Shown: positions 35,965 to 44,894 of the stretch, piece by piece
Numbering within the stretch: the first letter of the stretch is position 1
How the letters are laid out: every line of letters starts with the position of its first letter
NCBI GenBank assembly: GCA_947630975.1
Contig: CANRJP010000001.1
Location: forward strand, 18,712-82,711
From: an uncultured Clostridia bacterium
GTDB lineage: Bacteria > Bacillota > Clostridia > UMGS1883
Direction of reading: 5' to 3'
DNA length: 64,000 nucleotides
Position numbers and translations under genes: made by a program
The notes under the pieces: generated by a model
Databases searched by the model: none
What the model was told of the DNA's origin: nothing
The model's input: only the letters and a program-made list of their open reading frames with translations

Positions 35965-36105
35965 ATGAAAAAAGCCGAATTAAAACAAGACGATACCGTT
36001 CGCATTAAAACCGACCTGACCGAAGAGGAAAAGGAGATTGTGAAGCGCGGACGTGAGGAGTACGCCAAAGGCGGTTTTGTCCCGCTGGACAGCGTTTCGC
36101 TGTAA
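35965..36105 (+). CDS. 46-aa small protein
   Basis: Start context gggtgatgtaatATGAAAAAAG matches that of the 34755 ORF. Confidence 0.35.
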   Translation: MKKAELKQDDTVRIKTDLTEEEKEIVKRGREEYAKGGFVPLDSVSL

Positions 36106-36269
36106 ATATTAGCAAAATAAAAAGGAGCCCCGGTGTTGGCGCACCGAAGCTCCGAGTGGTACATGATACAAAGAGGAGGATCACATACCAGAACCATATC
36201 TATTGTATCATGTACGCTCCGTTTTGTCAATATTTTTTCAATTTTTTCAACAAAAGGAGTGTATTTTTT

Positions 36270-37304
36270 ATGGCAAATGCAAAAAAATTGCCCAGTGGGA
36301 GCTGGAGCGTGAATATCTATATCGGCAAGGACAAGAACGGTAAGCGCAAGTACAAGCGTTTTACCGGCGCCGACAAGCGCAAGGTCGAGCGGGAGGCCGC
36401 CGCCTATGCCGATGAGCACCGTGGCGAGGTCAGCACCGACACCTTCGGCTATGCGGCGCGGCAGTATATTGAAAATCGAAAAAACATTCTTTCCCCGTCA
36501 ACGATATTAAATTACAACAGGATTTACAGGAACTACCTTCAGCAGTGGGAATGTGTCGCGATTTCAGATATTGGGTCAAAGGCAATCCAACAACTGGTAA
36601 ATAACAAGGCCACGGAGCTGTCGCCCAAAACGATCCGTAATATATACGGTTTTATTACGGCGGTCATTTATTCGGTCGATCCATACGCAAGAATAAAGGT
36701 TGCTCTGCCGGCGCCGGTTAAGACATTTCGGGAACTGCCGCCGCCCAAAGATGTCATTAAGGCGGTCATTGGGACCAAGTGCGAGCTTCCGGCACTTCTC
36801 GCCCTCTGGGAAAGTCTGAGGATGTCGGAAATTCGCGGGTTAAGGTTCGGTGATCTGGCAGGCAATATCATAACCGTGCGCAACGTAAAGGTAAAGGGCG
36901 AAGATGGCGACGTCCTCAAGAGCCGTACAAAGAATTATGACAGCACTCGGCGGCTGGCTTTGCCCCAATATATAATGGACCTTATCCCGAGGGATAAGGA
37001 GCCTACTGATTTTATAGTGCCGTATAGTGCCCGCCGTATATATGGTTGGTTTCAGGACGCGCTTGACGCTGCCAGACTGCCGCACATGAGTTTCCACGAT
37101 CTCCGGCATATGTACGCGTCTATTGCGCTAAGTATCGGCATACCGGACAAATATGCGATGGAGAGCGGCGGGTGGCGAAGCCCTCATGTTTTAAAGGGAG
37201 TGTACCAAGAAACTTTCAGCGCCGAGCGCCAAGCCGCCGACGCGAAAATGAACAATCATATTTACACCTTGATAGATATTGCCCGGCGTGAAAATGCAAC
37301 ATGA
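36270..37304 (+). CDS. int: tyrosine recombinase/phage integrase
   Basis: C-terminal …LRFGDL…HDLRHMYASIALSIGIPDKYAMESGGW… contains the R…HxxR…Y catalytic signature. Start at MANAKK after RBS AAAAGGAG. Confidence 0.85.
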   Translation: MANAKKLPSGSWSVNIYIGKDKNGKRKYKRFTGADKRKVEREAAAYADEHRGEVSTDTFGYAARQYIENRKNILSPSTILNYNRIYRNYLQQWECVAISDIGSKAIQQLVNNKATELSPKTIRNIYGFITAVIYSVDPYARIKVALPAPVKTFRELPPPKDVIKAVIGTKCELPALLALWESLRMSEIRGLRFGDLAGNIITVRNVKVKGEDGDVLKSRTKNYDSTRRLALPQYIMDLIPRDKEPTDFIVPYSARRIYGWFQDALDAARLPHMSFHDLRHMYASIALSIGIPDKYAMESGGWRSPHVLKGVYQETFSAERQAADAKMNNHIYTLIDIARRENAT

Positions 37305-37390
37305 ATATGCAACACGGGAAAATAAAACCGCTTGACTGTCGGCATTTTACCGCATTAGTTATATGTTCAAGTCCCGTCACTCCGACCATA

Positions 37391-37425
37391 AATGGCTTAA
37401 AACCTATGTTTTAAGCCATTTTTTA
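37391..37425 (+). terminator. rho-independent terminator after int
   Basis: aatggcttaaaa-cctatg-ttttaagccatt followed by ttttatttaa. Confidence 0.5.
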
Positions 37426-37440
37426 TTTAATTCAAATAAT

Positions 37441-37710
37441 TCAAAATTCATAATGCGTCCACATACTGACAATTTTAACCGTTTTATTTTCATCGTCAAC
37501 CTGATACACGAGCCTGTGCTGTAAATTTATTCGCCGCGAAAACGCGCCGATCAAATCACCGGTCAGCTTTTCATAAGGCGGCGGCGTCCTGTATGGATTT
37601 TCGCGCAGTATGTCAATAAGCTTCCTGACTTTGTCATCCAGATGCGCGGCCTTCAGCCTCGGAATGGATTTTAACGACGTCTTTGTATAAAATATTTTGT
37701 ACATCACCAC
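37441..37710 (-). CDS. yoeB: YoeB/Txe-family toxin
   Basis: …RINLQHRLVYQVDDENKTVKIVSMWTHYE is the YoeB signature. Confidence 0.8.
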   Translation of the reverse strand: MVMYKIFYTKTSLKSIPRLKAAHLDDKVRKLIDILRENPYRTPPPYEKLTGDLIGAFSRRINLQHRLVYQVDDENKTVKIVSMWTHYEF

Positions 37711-37952
37711 TCAACCGCGCTTTCCTCAACGCACTCCTCAAGCGGCGTATTAATGCCTTCGACAATTTCATCTTTTACTTTTTGATTGCGCGATAAATAC
37801 AGAGTTTCCATAAGTCCGTTATAGTCCGACTCGCTGATAATAATGGCATTTCCCGCCTTAGTGTTAACGTTTATTACATCGTTAAATTCCACAGCCTGAT
37901 TAATATAGTCAAACAGATTTTTTCTGAGATTGGTTATATTTATATTGGTCAT
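37704..37952 (-). CDS. yefM: YefM/Phd-family antitoxin
   Basis: MTNINITNLRKNLFDYINQ…IIISESDYNGLMETLYL. Start ATG follows RBS GGAGGTGG (the track ORF begins at an upstream GTG). Overlaps yoeB. Confidence 0.8.
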   Translation of the reverse strand: MTNINITNLRKNLFDYINQAVEFNDVINVNTKAGNAIIISESDYNGLMETLYLSRNQKVKDEIVEGINTPLEECVEESAVEW

Positions 37953-37968
37953 ATTCTCCACCTCCAGT

Positions 37969-38004
37969 ATCGTTATATGTACATTATAACGTACATATAA
38001 CGAT
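37969..38004. promoter_or_regulatory. 14-bp perfect inverted repeat operator upstream of yefM
   Basis: atcgttatatgtac-attataac-gtacatataacgat, located 17 bp upstream of the yefM start codon. Confidence 0.5.
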
Positions 38005-38067
38005 TTGTCAAGATATATATTAAAATATTTCTCCGTGATATTAAAGCATTTTTGGTCATAAAGGGCG

Positions 38068-38613
38068 TCAGCTCTCTTTGCCCGGTTCGCCGGATCTCAT
38101 TACCTTCGCCGGCGGCTCGTCATATCCGCCGACCGTCTTACCCAGCCAGACGACCCCCAGCCAACGGCCCAGCTTATAGCCGCAATTTTCAAAACAACCG
38201 ATATATTTATAACCAAGCCTCTCGTGAAAGGCTATGCTTTCGGCGTTGGTATCGGTTATGCAGGCGTAAAGGTTGATTATGCCCTGACCCTTGAGCATTT
38301 TTTCCAATTGAAGGCAAAGAGCCTTCCCCACTCCGCAGCCACGGCGGTCGCGGCGGACATATACCGTCGTTTCCGCAGACCAGACAAAGGCCGAACGGGG
38401 CCTGAATTCATGGGCGTAGGCATAGCCCAATACCTCACCGTCCTCCTCGGCGGCGATAAAAGGGTAAAACTCCGTTATCCTCCTTATTTTTTCTTCAAAC
38501 AACTCCGCCGTCGGAATTTCGGTGTCAAAGGTCACGTCGGTCTCTGTTACATACGGCGAGTATATCTCCGCGAGGGCCGCGGCATCGGCAAGCTTTACTG
38601 GTCGTATTTCCAT
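38068..38613 (-). CDS. GNAT-family N-acetyltransferase
   Basis: …RRDRRGCGVGKALCLQLE…ESIAFHERLGYKYIG is the acetyl-CoA-binding motif A (R-x-x-G-x-G/A). Confidence 0.7.
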   Translation of the reverse strand: MEIRPVKLADAAALAEIYSPYVTETDVTFDTEIPTAELFEEKIRRITEFYPFIAAEEDGEVLGYAYAHEFRPRSAFVWSAETTVYVRRDRRGCGVGKALCLQLEKMLKGQGIINLYACITDTNAESIAFHERLGYKYIGCFENCGYKLGRWLGVVWLGKTVGGYDEPPAKVMRSGEPGKES

Positions 38614-38621
38614 TTCGCACC

Positions 38622-39596
38622 TCAAAACTCAAGAACATATTTTCCGTTCACAACGGGCGTTTCTCCCTCCGACAGAGAAAGTTCCACGCCTTTTTCCGTG
38701 AAATACAGGGCGTTACAGCGTCTCGGGCCGATTATCTTACTGAAATATTTTTTCGGCGCCCTGATATCCAGCCTGTTATCCTCGACCATGCTCTCCATCT
38801 GATTGCGGACATAGCGGCTCACAACAAGCTCTCCGACAGCGGGATGATACGGGCCGGCCACGCAGCCGCCCTTAAGCTCCTCACTGTCGCTTAGCCCGAT
38901 GCGGAGCACTTTCACCCCGGCCTTACGGAATTTTTCGTATAATAACGCCCCCAGCCCCGTCGCCTCCTCCACGGTCTGGGGCAGATACGCTCCGGCCCGG
39001 TACATATCGGCGAGGCGAGTGTTTTCCATGACGAGGGTGGGGTAAATACGGGTTTCCCTCGCGCCGAGAGCGATGAACTCGTCCGCGGTGGCAAGGGACT
39101 TTTCGGGAGTGTCAAGGGGCAGGCCCGTCATCATCTGGAGTCCAAGGACAAAGCCGTGCTCCGTTATCATATGCGACGCGCGGCGGACGGCCTCCGCGTC
39201 ATGCCCCCTGCCGGCGGCCGCGAGTACCCCGTCGTCCATGGACTGGGCTCCCAGCTCGATGTTCGTGACCCCGTATTCCGCCAGAAAATCAAGCTCCGGA
39301 AGGTCGATATAGTCGGGTCGGGTGGAAATGCGGATGCCGGATATTTTACCGGCGTCAAGGTATTTTTTCGCCTGAATAAGGTAACGGCGCTGGAGTTCTG
39401 GCTCTATTCCGGTGAAGCTGCCGCCGAAAAAGGCGATCGTGCTGCCCCCCGTTTTTCCGCCGGAAAGATACCTGTCGGCAATAACGCCCACCTCCTCGGG
39501 AGCCGGAGCCTCCAAAACCCCGGTTATCGAGCGCTGATTGCAGAAAGCGCAGTCGTTGGGACAGCCCACGTGCGGCACAAAAACGGGGATATTCAT
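38622..39596 (-). CDS. radical SAM protein
   Basis: N-terminal VFVPHVGCPNDCAFCNQ contains CxxxCxxC. Overlaps the downstream GNAT gene by 4 bp. Confidence 0.7.
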   Translation of the reverse strand: MNIPVFVPHVGCPNDCAFCNQRSITGVLEAPAPEEVGVIADRYLSGGKTGGSTIAFFGGSFTGIEPELQRRYLIQAKKYLDAGKISGIRISTRPDYIDLPELDFLAEYGVTNIELGAQSMDDGVLAAAGRGHDAEAVRRASHMITEHGFVLGLQMMTGLPLDTPEKSLATADEFIALGARETRIYPTLVMENTRLADMYRAGAYLPQTVEEATGLGALLYEKFRKAGVKVLRIGLSDSEELKGGCVAGPYHPAVGELVVSRYVRNQMESMVEDNRLDIRAPKKYFSKIIGPRRCNALYFTEKGVELSLSEGETPVVNGKYVLEF

Positions 39597-40366
39597 GACT
39601 GTTCCCCGCCCAACAGCTCGTGAAGTATCGAAGTCGGGTCGGACGCCTCCCCACGGCCTTTCAATTCATCCTCTATGTGTCCGATTTTTTCCATAGCCGC
39701 CCGGGCAGCCAACTGCTGGGCCTTTTTTTTGCTGTTGGAAACGCCGGTGCCAATATATGCGCCGTCGATGGCCGCCGCCACCGTGAAAATACAGTCGTGA
39801 ACCGGCCCCACCTCGCTTATGGTTTCATAGGTCAGTTTTCGGTCCTTACCCTGAATTTTTTCCTGGAGACGGCTCTTATAGTCATGATCGATGAAATGTC
39901 CCTCGGTTATCATATCTTTAATTCTTTCGCCATACACTTTGAGCACATAGCTTCTTGTGGGCTCAAGGCCGGCGTCCAGATACATGGCGGCAACATGGGC
40001 TTCAAACATATCCGCCAAAATGGACTTTCGGTGACGCTCGCCGCAGTTTTCGGCGCCGGTACCCAGCAGAGCGAACTCGTCGATGCCTATTTGGGCGGAA
40101 AGCTCCGCCAAAGTGTCCTCGCATACCAGCGCCGCCCTGATGCGGGTGGACATACCCTCGGGAAATTTTTTGTCCAGGTAAAGCTCTTGGGCGATGATAA
40201 AGCCAAGTATAGCATCGCCCAAAAACTCTAACCGTTCATAGCTCTCAACCCCAAACTGATGAGCGTAGGATGTGTGGGTAAGGGCCGTGCGAAGGAGCTG
40301 CCGGTTACGGAAAGTATAGCCCATACGCTTTTCGAGCCGTTCAAAATCAGGCTGCCTTGTACTCAT
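39593..40366 (-). CDS. rnc: ribonuclease III
   Basis: ERLEFLGDA catalytic signature plus a C-terminal dsRBD. Start at MSTRQP after RBS AAGGAAGGA. Confidence 0.9.
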   Translation of the reverse strand: MSTRQPDFERLEKRMGYTFRNRQLLRTALTHTSYAHQFGVESYERLEFLGDAILGFIIAQELYLDKKFPEGMSTRIRAALVCEDTLAELSAQIGIDEFALLGTGAENCGERHRKSILADMFEAHVAAMYLDAGLEPTRSYVLKVYGERIKDMITEGHFIDHDYKSRLQEKIQGKDRKLTYETISEVGPVHDCIFTVAAAIDGAYIGTGVSNSKKKAQQLAARAAMEKIGHIEDELKGRGEASDPTSILHELLGGEQS

Positions 40367-40417
40367 ACATATCCTTCCTTTCTTTTGTGTAATCATATAT
40401 TATAATAAAGCACAAAA

Positions 40418-40478
40418 TCCCAGGTCGAGCCTGGGATAGTGCGTCCGGCAGAGAGTGAGGGCCTCACGGCCCTCACTC
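40418..40478 (-). terminator. tandem terminator hairpins downstream of the SLH protein gene
   Basis: gagtgagggcc-tcac-ggccctcactc and tcccagg-tcgagc-cctggga, the latter with a T-run on the minus strand. Confidence 0.5.
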
Positions 40479-40495
40479 CGCCGCGCCGGTTAAGC

Positions 40496-43400
40496 TTAGT
40501 GAATGATATAAATCATTCTGAAGGGGCTGGCACTGTTTGTGGTGTCGCCGGTGGAGAAGGTGACAACAACGCTGCCGTCGCTGCCGTCCTCATAGGCCTG
40601 AAGTTCGTCGAAGGCGTCTTCGCCGTCGATATACTCGGCGCCGCTCCTGCCATTGTAGACAAATACCTTTGTGCCGCTGCCGTAAAGGTGAGCCACAACG
40701 CCGGTACCGCTGTCCACCATATCGATATCATCCTCAACAATGGTGGGAGTAACGGTGATGCTCTTTATGTCGGTCTCATGACGGAGAACCGTACCGTAGG
40801 CCAAACGGAAGGCCGCGTTGTAAGCGTCGCCGTCGACGGGCTGAGTGGAGTTGCTCCTGATAGCAAGGATACGGTTTTCAAGAGCTTCTCTGACACTGCC
40901 GACAGGCTCGTCCTGAACGGGATCGGAAGCGTCGAGCCAAAGCTCCATATCGGTAATCCTGCCGTCGGAGCCCACCAGATAGCGGACAATATCGCCCTTG
41001 CCCAAATCGTCATACGCATTTCTCGCGCCGGAATCCATCTGACTGTAGTTAAGCTTAAGCGTAGTCTTGGATGTGGAGACAGAGCCGCCGCCGTTGTAGT
41101 TGCCCCTGTAGCCGGATACCGTTTCCTCGTCATCGTCATCAGGCCCAAAATCCGTAACGATGAGGAACGAGGACTTGGAGTTGAATACCATGGTGTCGTC
41201 CATCTTATAGATGAATACCACGTCGGCTCTGTTGGTGCTTGTGGTGCCGATATTGTAGGCCTCCACATAATAACTGTTGCCGCTGGTAAACGTAGAGGTC
41301 GTGCGCTTGCCGTACATTTTGTAATCGGTCCTGTTGTCGGGGATAAAGTATATCTTGGTAGTGCTGCTTATCACGAAGTGAGCCTCTTTGCCGTCCTCGT
41401 CGTCATACGCAAAGCCGCTGGAACGGTTGTACTGACGGAGGCCGTCGTCCGTGGTGCTGTCGTCGATGCGGGCGGAAAGAACAAGATCGTTGCCGTCAAT
41501 ATCGGATTCGGCCACGGTGTCTATGGCGGAAATCAAATTCTTGCTGTTCAGCTTGTACCTTATGGGCTGCTGATATGTGAGGTTATCCACTTCGTCGCCG
41601 GCGGGAGTGTTGAGATAAGACTCGTTGGCCTCGTTGGCAGAATCCTCGAGGGCGTCAAGAACGTCATTGTCATCGGTGTCATATCTCTTGCCGTCGATCT
41701 GTATGGTTGAACCGGTGCCGCGTTCGTGGAGGGTGCCGTCGGACTCCATGATATAGAATTCCAGATCATAATCGCTCTCGCTGTCGTTCTGGATAAGGCT
41801 GAGCAAGTAGCCGTAAGCATAGGAGCCGTTTTCGCCGGTTTCGGAAACAGTCACAGCCGCTATCTGACCGATATGGTCAAGATAGAGGTTCACGCCGGAA
41901 GAGCCGCGCTGAAGAGGAGTGACGTCCTTATTATCCTCGTTCACAAAATTCTCGTACTCGTAATTGTAGCAGTAGTAGCGGTCGCCCATCATGAACATAT
42001 TGCTGTCGTCACTGTTGACGGAGGTCACACGCTGGCCGGTAACGCTGTTCCTGGTGACCTCTATTTTCATTACGGTGGGGCCGTCAAGCTCCTCGGGCGA
42101 ACGGAGAATGTTCAGTACGTCATAGGCCCTGATCTCATTTCTCTTATTATCCTTTTCGGCAATATTGGTGTTGCCGCGGCGGAAGGTGAAGTAGTCGGCG
42201 TCCTCGCTGACAGGCATCTCCATCCTGTTGTTGCTGTCGATAAACTCATCGTCGTAATCGTACTTGAAGGTAATGTATTCAATGTTGTTTCTGGAGCTTG
42301 TGCCGCTGACAACATAGGTGTCATAGTTGGATATCTTTACAAAATTAAATCTGCCGTTCTCGGCTATTTCAATGACACCGTTCTTAAAATAGTAAGGGCT
42401 GTCGGGATCGTCAAGATCCTCGACCTCAAAATCCTCCACGAGTCTGCCGTTGTAGATAACGCTGCCCTTGAGAGCAACGGAGTTTATCTTGAATGTGTCG
42501 GGGTTGCTGGCATACTGTATCTTGCCGTCCTCAACACCCATGTAGAACTTGTTGCTGCCGCCGACATAGCCGGAATATATGTCGGTGGAATCATAATCGG
42601 TCACGCTGATCGTGGTGATAAGGTCGTCCATTTCATCATAGACCATCTTGACTTTTTTGCCCAAAAGATCGTAGATATCCACGGTCTCCATGCACTTTTT
42701 GCCTATGGTGTAGAGCTTGTCGCCGACAATTATATCATTCTTGTTGAGGTCTTCGTCGGGCTCCTCAAGATAGGCCAGATATGTCGCGGTAACGATGCCG
42801 TTGATTATGTTGTCGTCGTCGTTCTTGGAGCTGGAATTTTTACCGCTGCCGGAGCCGGAGCCGCTGCCGCTGCCGCTTTTGACACCGCTGGGCTGATAGC
42901 TTATCGAACCGGTATTGGGATCGACCACGGTCTCAAGGTTGCGGATACCGCGGGAATTGTCGGCCAGAACAGCTACCACGCCGCGGGTAACGGCCTGGGT
43001 CGGGTCACTCTGACTGGACAGGGTGTTCTTTGTGAGTCCCTCGGCGTTTCCGTGCTTGATATAGGCATAGGACCAGGTGGCGTTTTTGGTTATCTGAGCC
43101 TCATAGTCACAGGTCGGGCCCCAGCCGTGCATACGCATGAGAACGGCCACGGCCTGCTCATAGGTGACAGGATCGCCGGCGGCGAACATATTGTTGCCAA
43201 CGCCGTCCATATAACCAAGGCTTTTGGCTATTCCCACATAAGGGCGGGCCCACTTTACGCTGTCGTCGGCGTCATCGGCGTCCAGATCGGAGAAGCCGGA
43301 CATGGCGTCTTTGTTTAAGCCTGTGTCCATATTGTTCAGACGCACAATTATAGCCGCGAACTCGGCGCGGGTTATGTTTTCGTCAGGGCCGAACGTCCCG

Positions 43401-43618
43401 TCGCCGCGGCCGTTGATTATACCTCTGATGGCAAGCTCCGTAACGGCTTTGCCCACAACGGTGTTGGGATCCACGTCAGAAAAGCTTGTCACGATTTCTC
43501 TTTCGGTACCGTCTTCCGTCACGACCGCCGTGTCACCGTCGGCGGCAAAAACCGTGAAGCAGGTGAACAGCATCGTCAGAGCAAGAAGTACGGAAAGTAC
43601 AGATCTAAATCTCTTCAT
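40496..43618 (-). CDS. S-layer homology (SLH) domain cell-surface protein
   Basis: Signal peptide, then three SLH repeats (FSDV…AV..L…GII.G…F.P…ITRAEFAAIIVRL; FSDLDAD…), a GSGSGSGSGSG linker, and a large Asp/Thr-rich beta region. 1040 aa. Confidence 0.7.
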   Translation of the reverse strand: MKRFRSVLSVLLALTMLFTCFTVFAADGDTAVVTEDGTEREIVTSFSDVDPNTVVGKAVTELAIRGIINGRGDGTFGPDENITRAEFAAIIVRLNNMDTGLNKDAMSGFSDLDADDADDSVKWARPYVGIAKSLGYMDGVGNNMFAAGDPVTYEQAVAVLMRMHGWGPTCDYEAQITKNATWSYAYIKHGNAEGLTKNTLSSQSDPTQAVTRGVVAVLADNSRGIRNLETVVDPNTGSISYQPSGVKSGSGSGSGSGSGKNSSSKNDDDNIINGIVTATYLAYLEEPDEDLNKNDIIVGDKLYTIGKKCMETVDIYDLLGKKVKMVYDEMDDLITTISVTDYDSTDIYSGYVGGSNKFYMGVEDGKIQYASNPDTFKINSVALKGSVIYNGRLVEDFEVEDLDDPDSPYYFKNGVIEIAENGRFNFVKISNYDTYVVSGTSSRNNIEYITFKYDYDDEFIDSNNRMEMPVSEDADYFTFRRGNTNIAEKDNKRNEIRAYDVLNILRSPEELDGPTVMKIEVTRNSVTGQRVTSVNSDDSNMFMMGDRYYCYNYEYENFVNEDNKDVTPLQRGSSGVNLYLDHIGQIAAVTVSETGENGSYAYGYLLSLIQNDSESDYDLEFYIMESDGTLHERGTGSTIQIDGKRYDTDDNDVLDALEDSANEANESYLNTPAGDEVDNLTYQQPIRYKLNSKNLISAIDTVAESDIDGNDLVLSARIDDSTTDDGLRQYNRSSGFAYDDEDGKEAHFVISSTTKIYFIPDNRTDYKMYGKRTTSTFTSGNSYYVEAYNIGTTSTNRADVVFIYKMDDTMVFNSKSSFLIVTDFGPDDDDEETVSGYRGNYNGGGSVSTSKTTLKLNYSQMDSGARNAYDDLGKGDIVRYLVGSDGRITDMELWLDASDPVQDEPVGSVREALENRILAIRSNSTQPVDGDAYNAAFRLAYGTVLRHETDIKSITVTPTIVEDDIDMVDSGTGVVAHLYGSGTKVFVYNGRSGAEYIDGEDAFDELQAYEDGSDGSVVVTFSTGDTTNSASPFRMIYIIH

Positions 43619-43814
43619 CCTTATCTCTCCTTAAAAAATAATATGAAAGCCATATGAAAGCCGTAACGCAAACTATCACAGACTGACACATTTATAATTT
43701 TATACATTTAATATAAGGTTGTCAAGTAGTTTCAACAGTTTGTCACAATTTTTTAACAATTAGTCAAGTGACGCGGCTTCCCGCACCAACGGGCAGACGG
43801 AGAAACGGCGGTTC

Positions 43815-44609
43815 TCACTTACGCGGTTTTTTTCGCCCGACAGCGGTGATTATAAGCCCGGCCAGCCCGGCCAGCGCCGTTACGGCGGCCACTATCTGCG
43901 ACACCCTGACTCCCGGCAAGACATAGAGGCTGTCGGTTCTCAAACCCTCGATAAAAAACCGGCCCGCACCGTACCACATAAAATAGATGAAAAGGGCGCT
44001 GCCCGCCGGAAGGCATTTTTTCACAACAACGACCAGTATCGCCAGTCCGATAAGGCTCCACAGGCTCTCATACAGGAAGGTCGGATGCACCGGCTCCGAG
44101 CCGTTGATAGTCATGCCCCAGGGCAGAGAGGTCTCCCCGCCGTGAGCCTCGCCGTTGACGAAATTGCCCCAGCGGCCAAGGCACTGGCCCAAGGCCAGAC
44201 CGGGAGCGCACACGTCGGCAAACTCCAGAAAAGCGATCCTCTTCAACCGGCAAAAAACCAAGGCCACAATAAATCCGGCTATTATGCCTCCATATATGGC
44301 AAGGCCGCCGTTCCACACACGGACGATCTCCATGGGATCATCGGCGTACGAGCCGCTGTCCCAGGAAAAAAACACATAATAAAGCCTCGCGCCGATTATG
44401 CCGAAGGGCAGGGCCCAGAGCAGGAAATCCACAATCTCCTCGGGCTCCCTTCCCCTGCTTTTGTACAAATATCCGCAAAGCAGCAGAGCCAGCATGACAC
44501 CGACCGCTATTATCACGCCGTACCAATGTATGCCCCCGTCCCCAATGTGGAGGAGAATAGGGTCGATATTGAAGCTTAGGCCAAGCTTTGGAAAAGCAAC
44601 GGTTTTCAT
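43815..44609 (-). CDS. lgt: prolipoprotein diacylglyceryl transferase
   Basis: Lgt signature motifs GARLYYV and GRWGNFVNGE. Start taken at MKTVAF (the track ORF extends 55 codons upstream). Confidence 0.85.
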   Translation of the reverse strand: MKTVAFPKLGLSFNIDPILLHIGDGGIHWYGVIIAVGVMLALLLCGYLYKSRGREPEEIVDFLLWALPFGIIGARLYYVFFSWDSGSYADDPMEIVRVWNGGLAIYGGIIAGFIVALVFCRLKRIAFLEFADVCAPGLALGQCLGRWGNFVNGEAHGGETSLPWGMTINGSEPVHPTFLYESLWSLIGLAILVVVVKKCLPAGSALFIYFMWYGAGRFFIEGLRTDSLYVLPGVRVSQIVAAVTALAGLAGLIITAVGRKKPRK

Positions 44610-44894
44610 TATTTCACCATCCCAAACGACGATAATTGACGATAATTTATTATACCGCATTTCCCGTCTGATGTCAACGCTTAAATTCGGCTCCTTTACC
44701 AAAAAAAATTTGTAAATTTTGTTCTCTTCGCCCTTGACGGAAGGGCCGCGAAAGTATATAATATTATTTGACAATACCGTACAAAAAGCGCGGACGGCTC
44801 CGTGTCCGATTTGCCGGTGATTTCCCCTTTAACTTTACGCCGCACGGTATTGACGTAAAGTTGTTAGACTGACTGCAAGAGGTGTTCTCGACTT

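Noticed and set aside
40439-43318. 423-aa and 530-aa + strand ORFs
   Set aside because: Antisense to the SLH surface protein. The Gly/Val/Ala-rich translation is the mirror image of its Asp/Thr-rich region.
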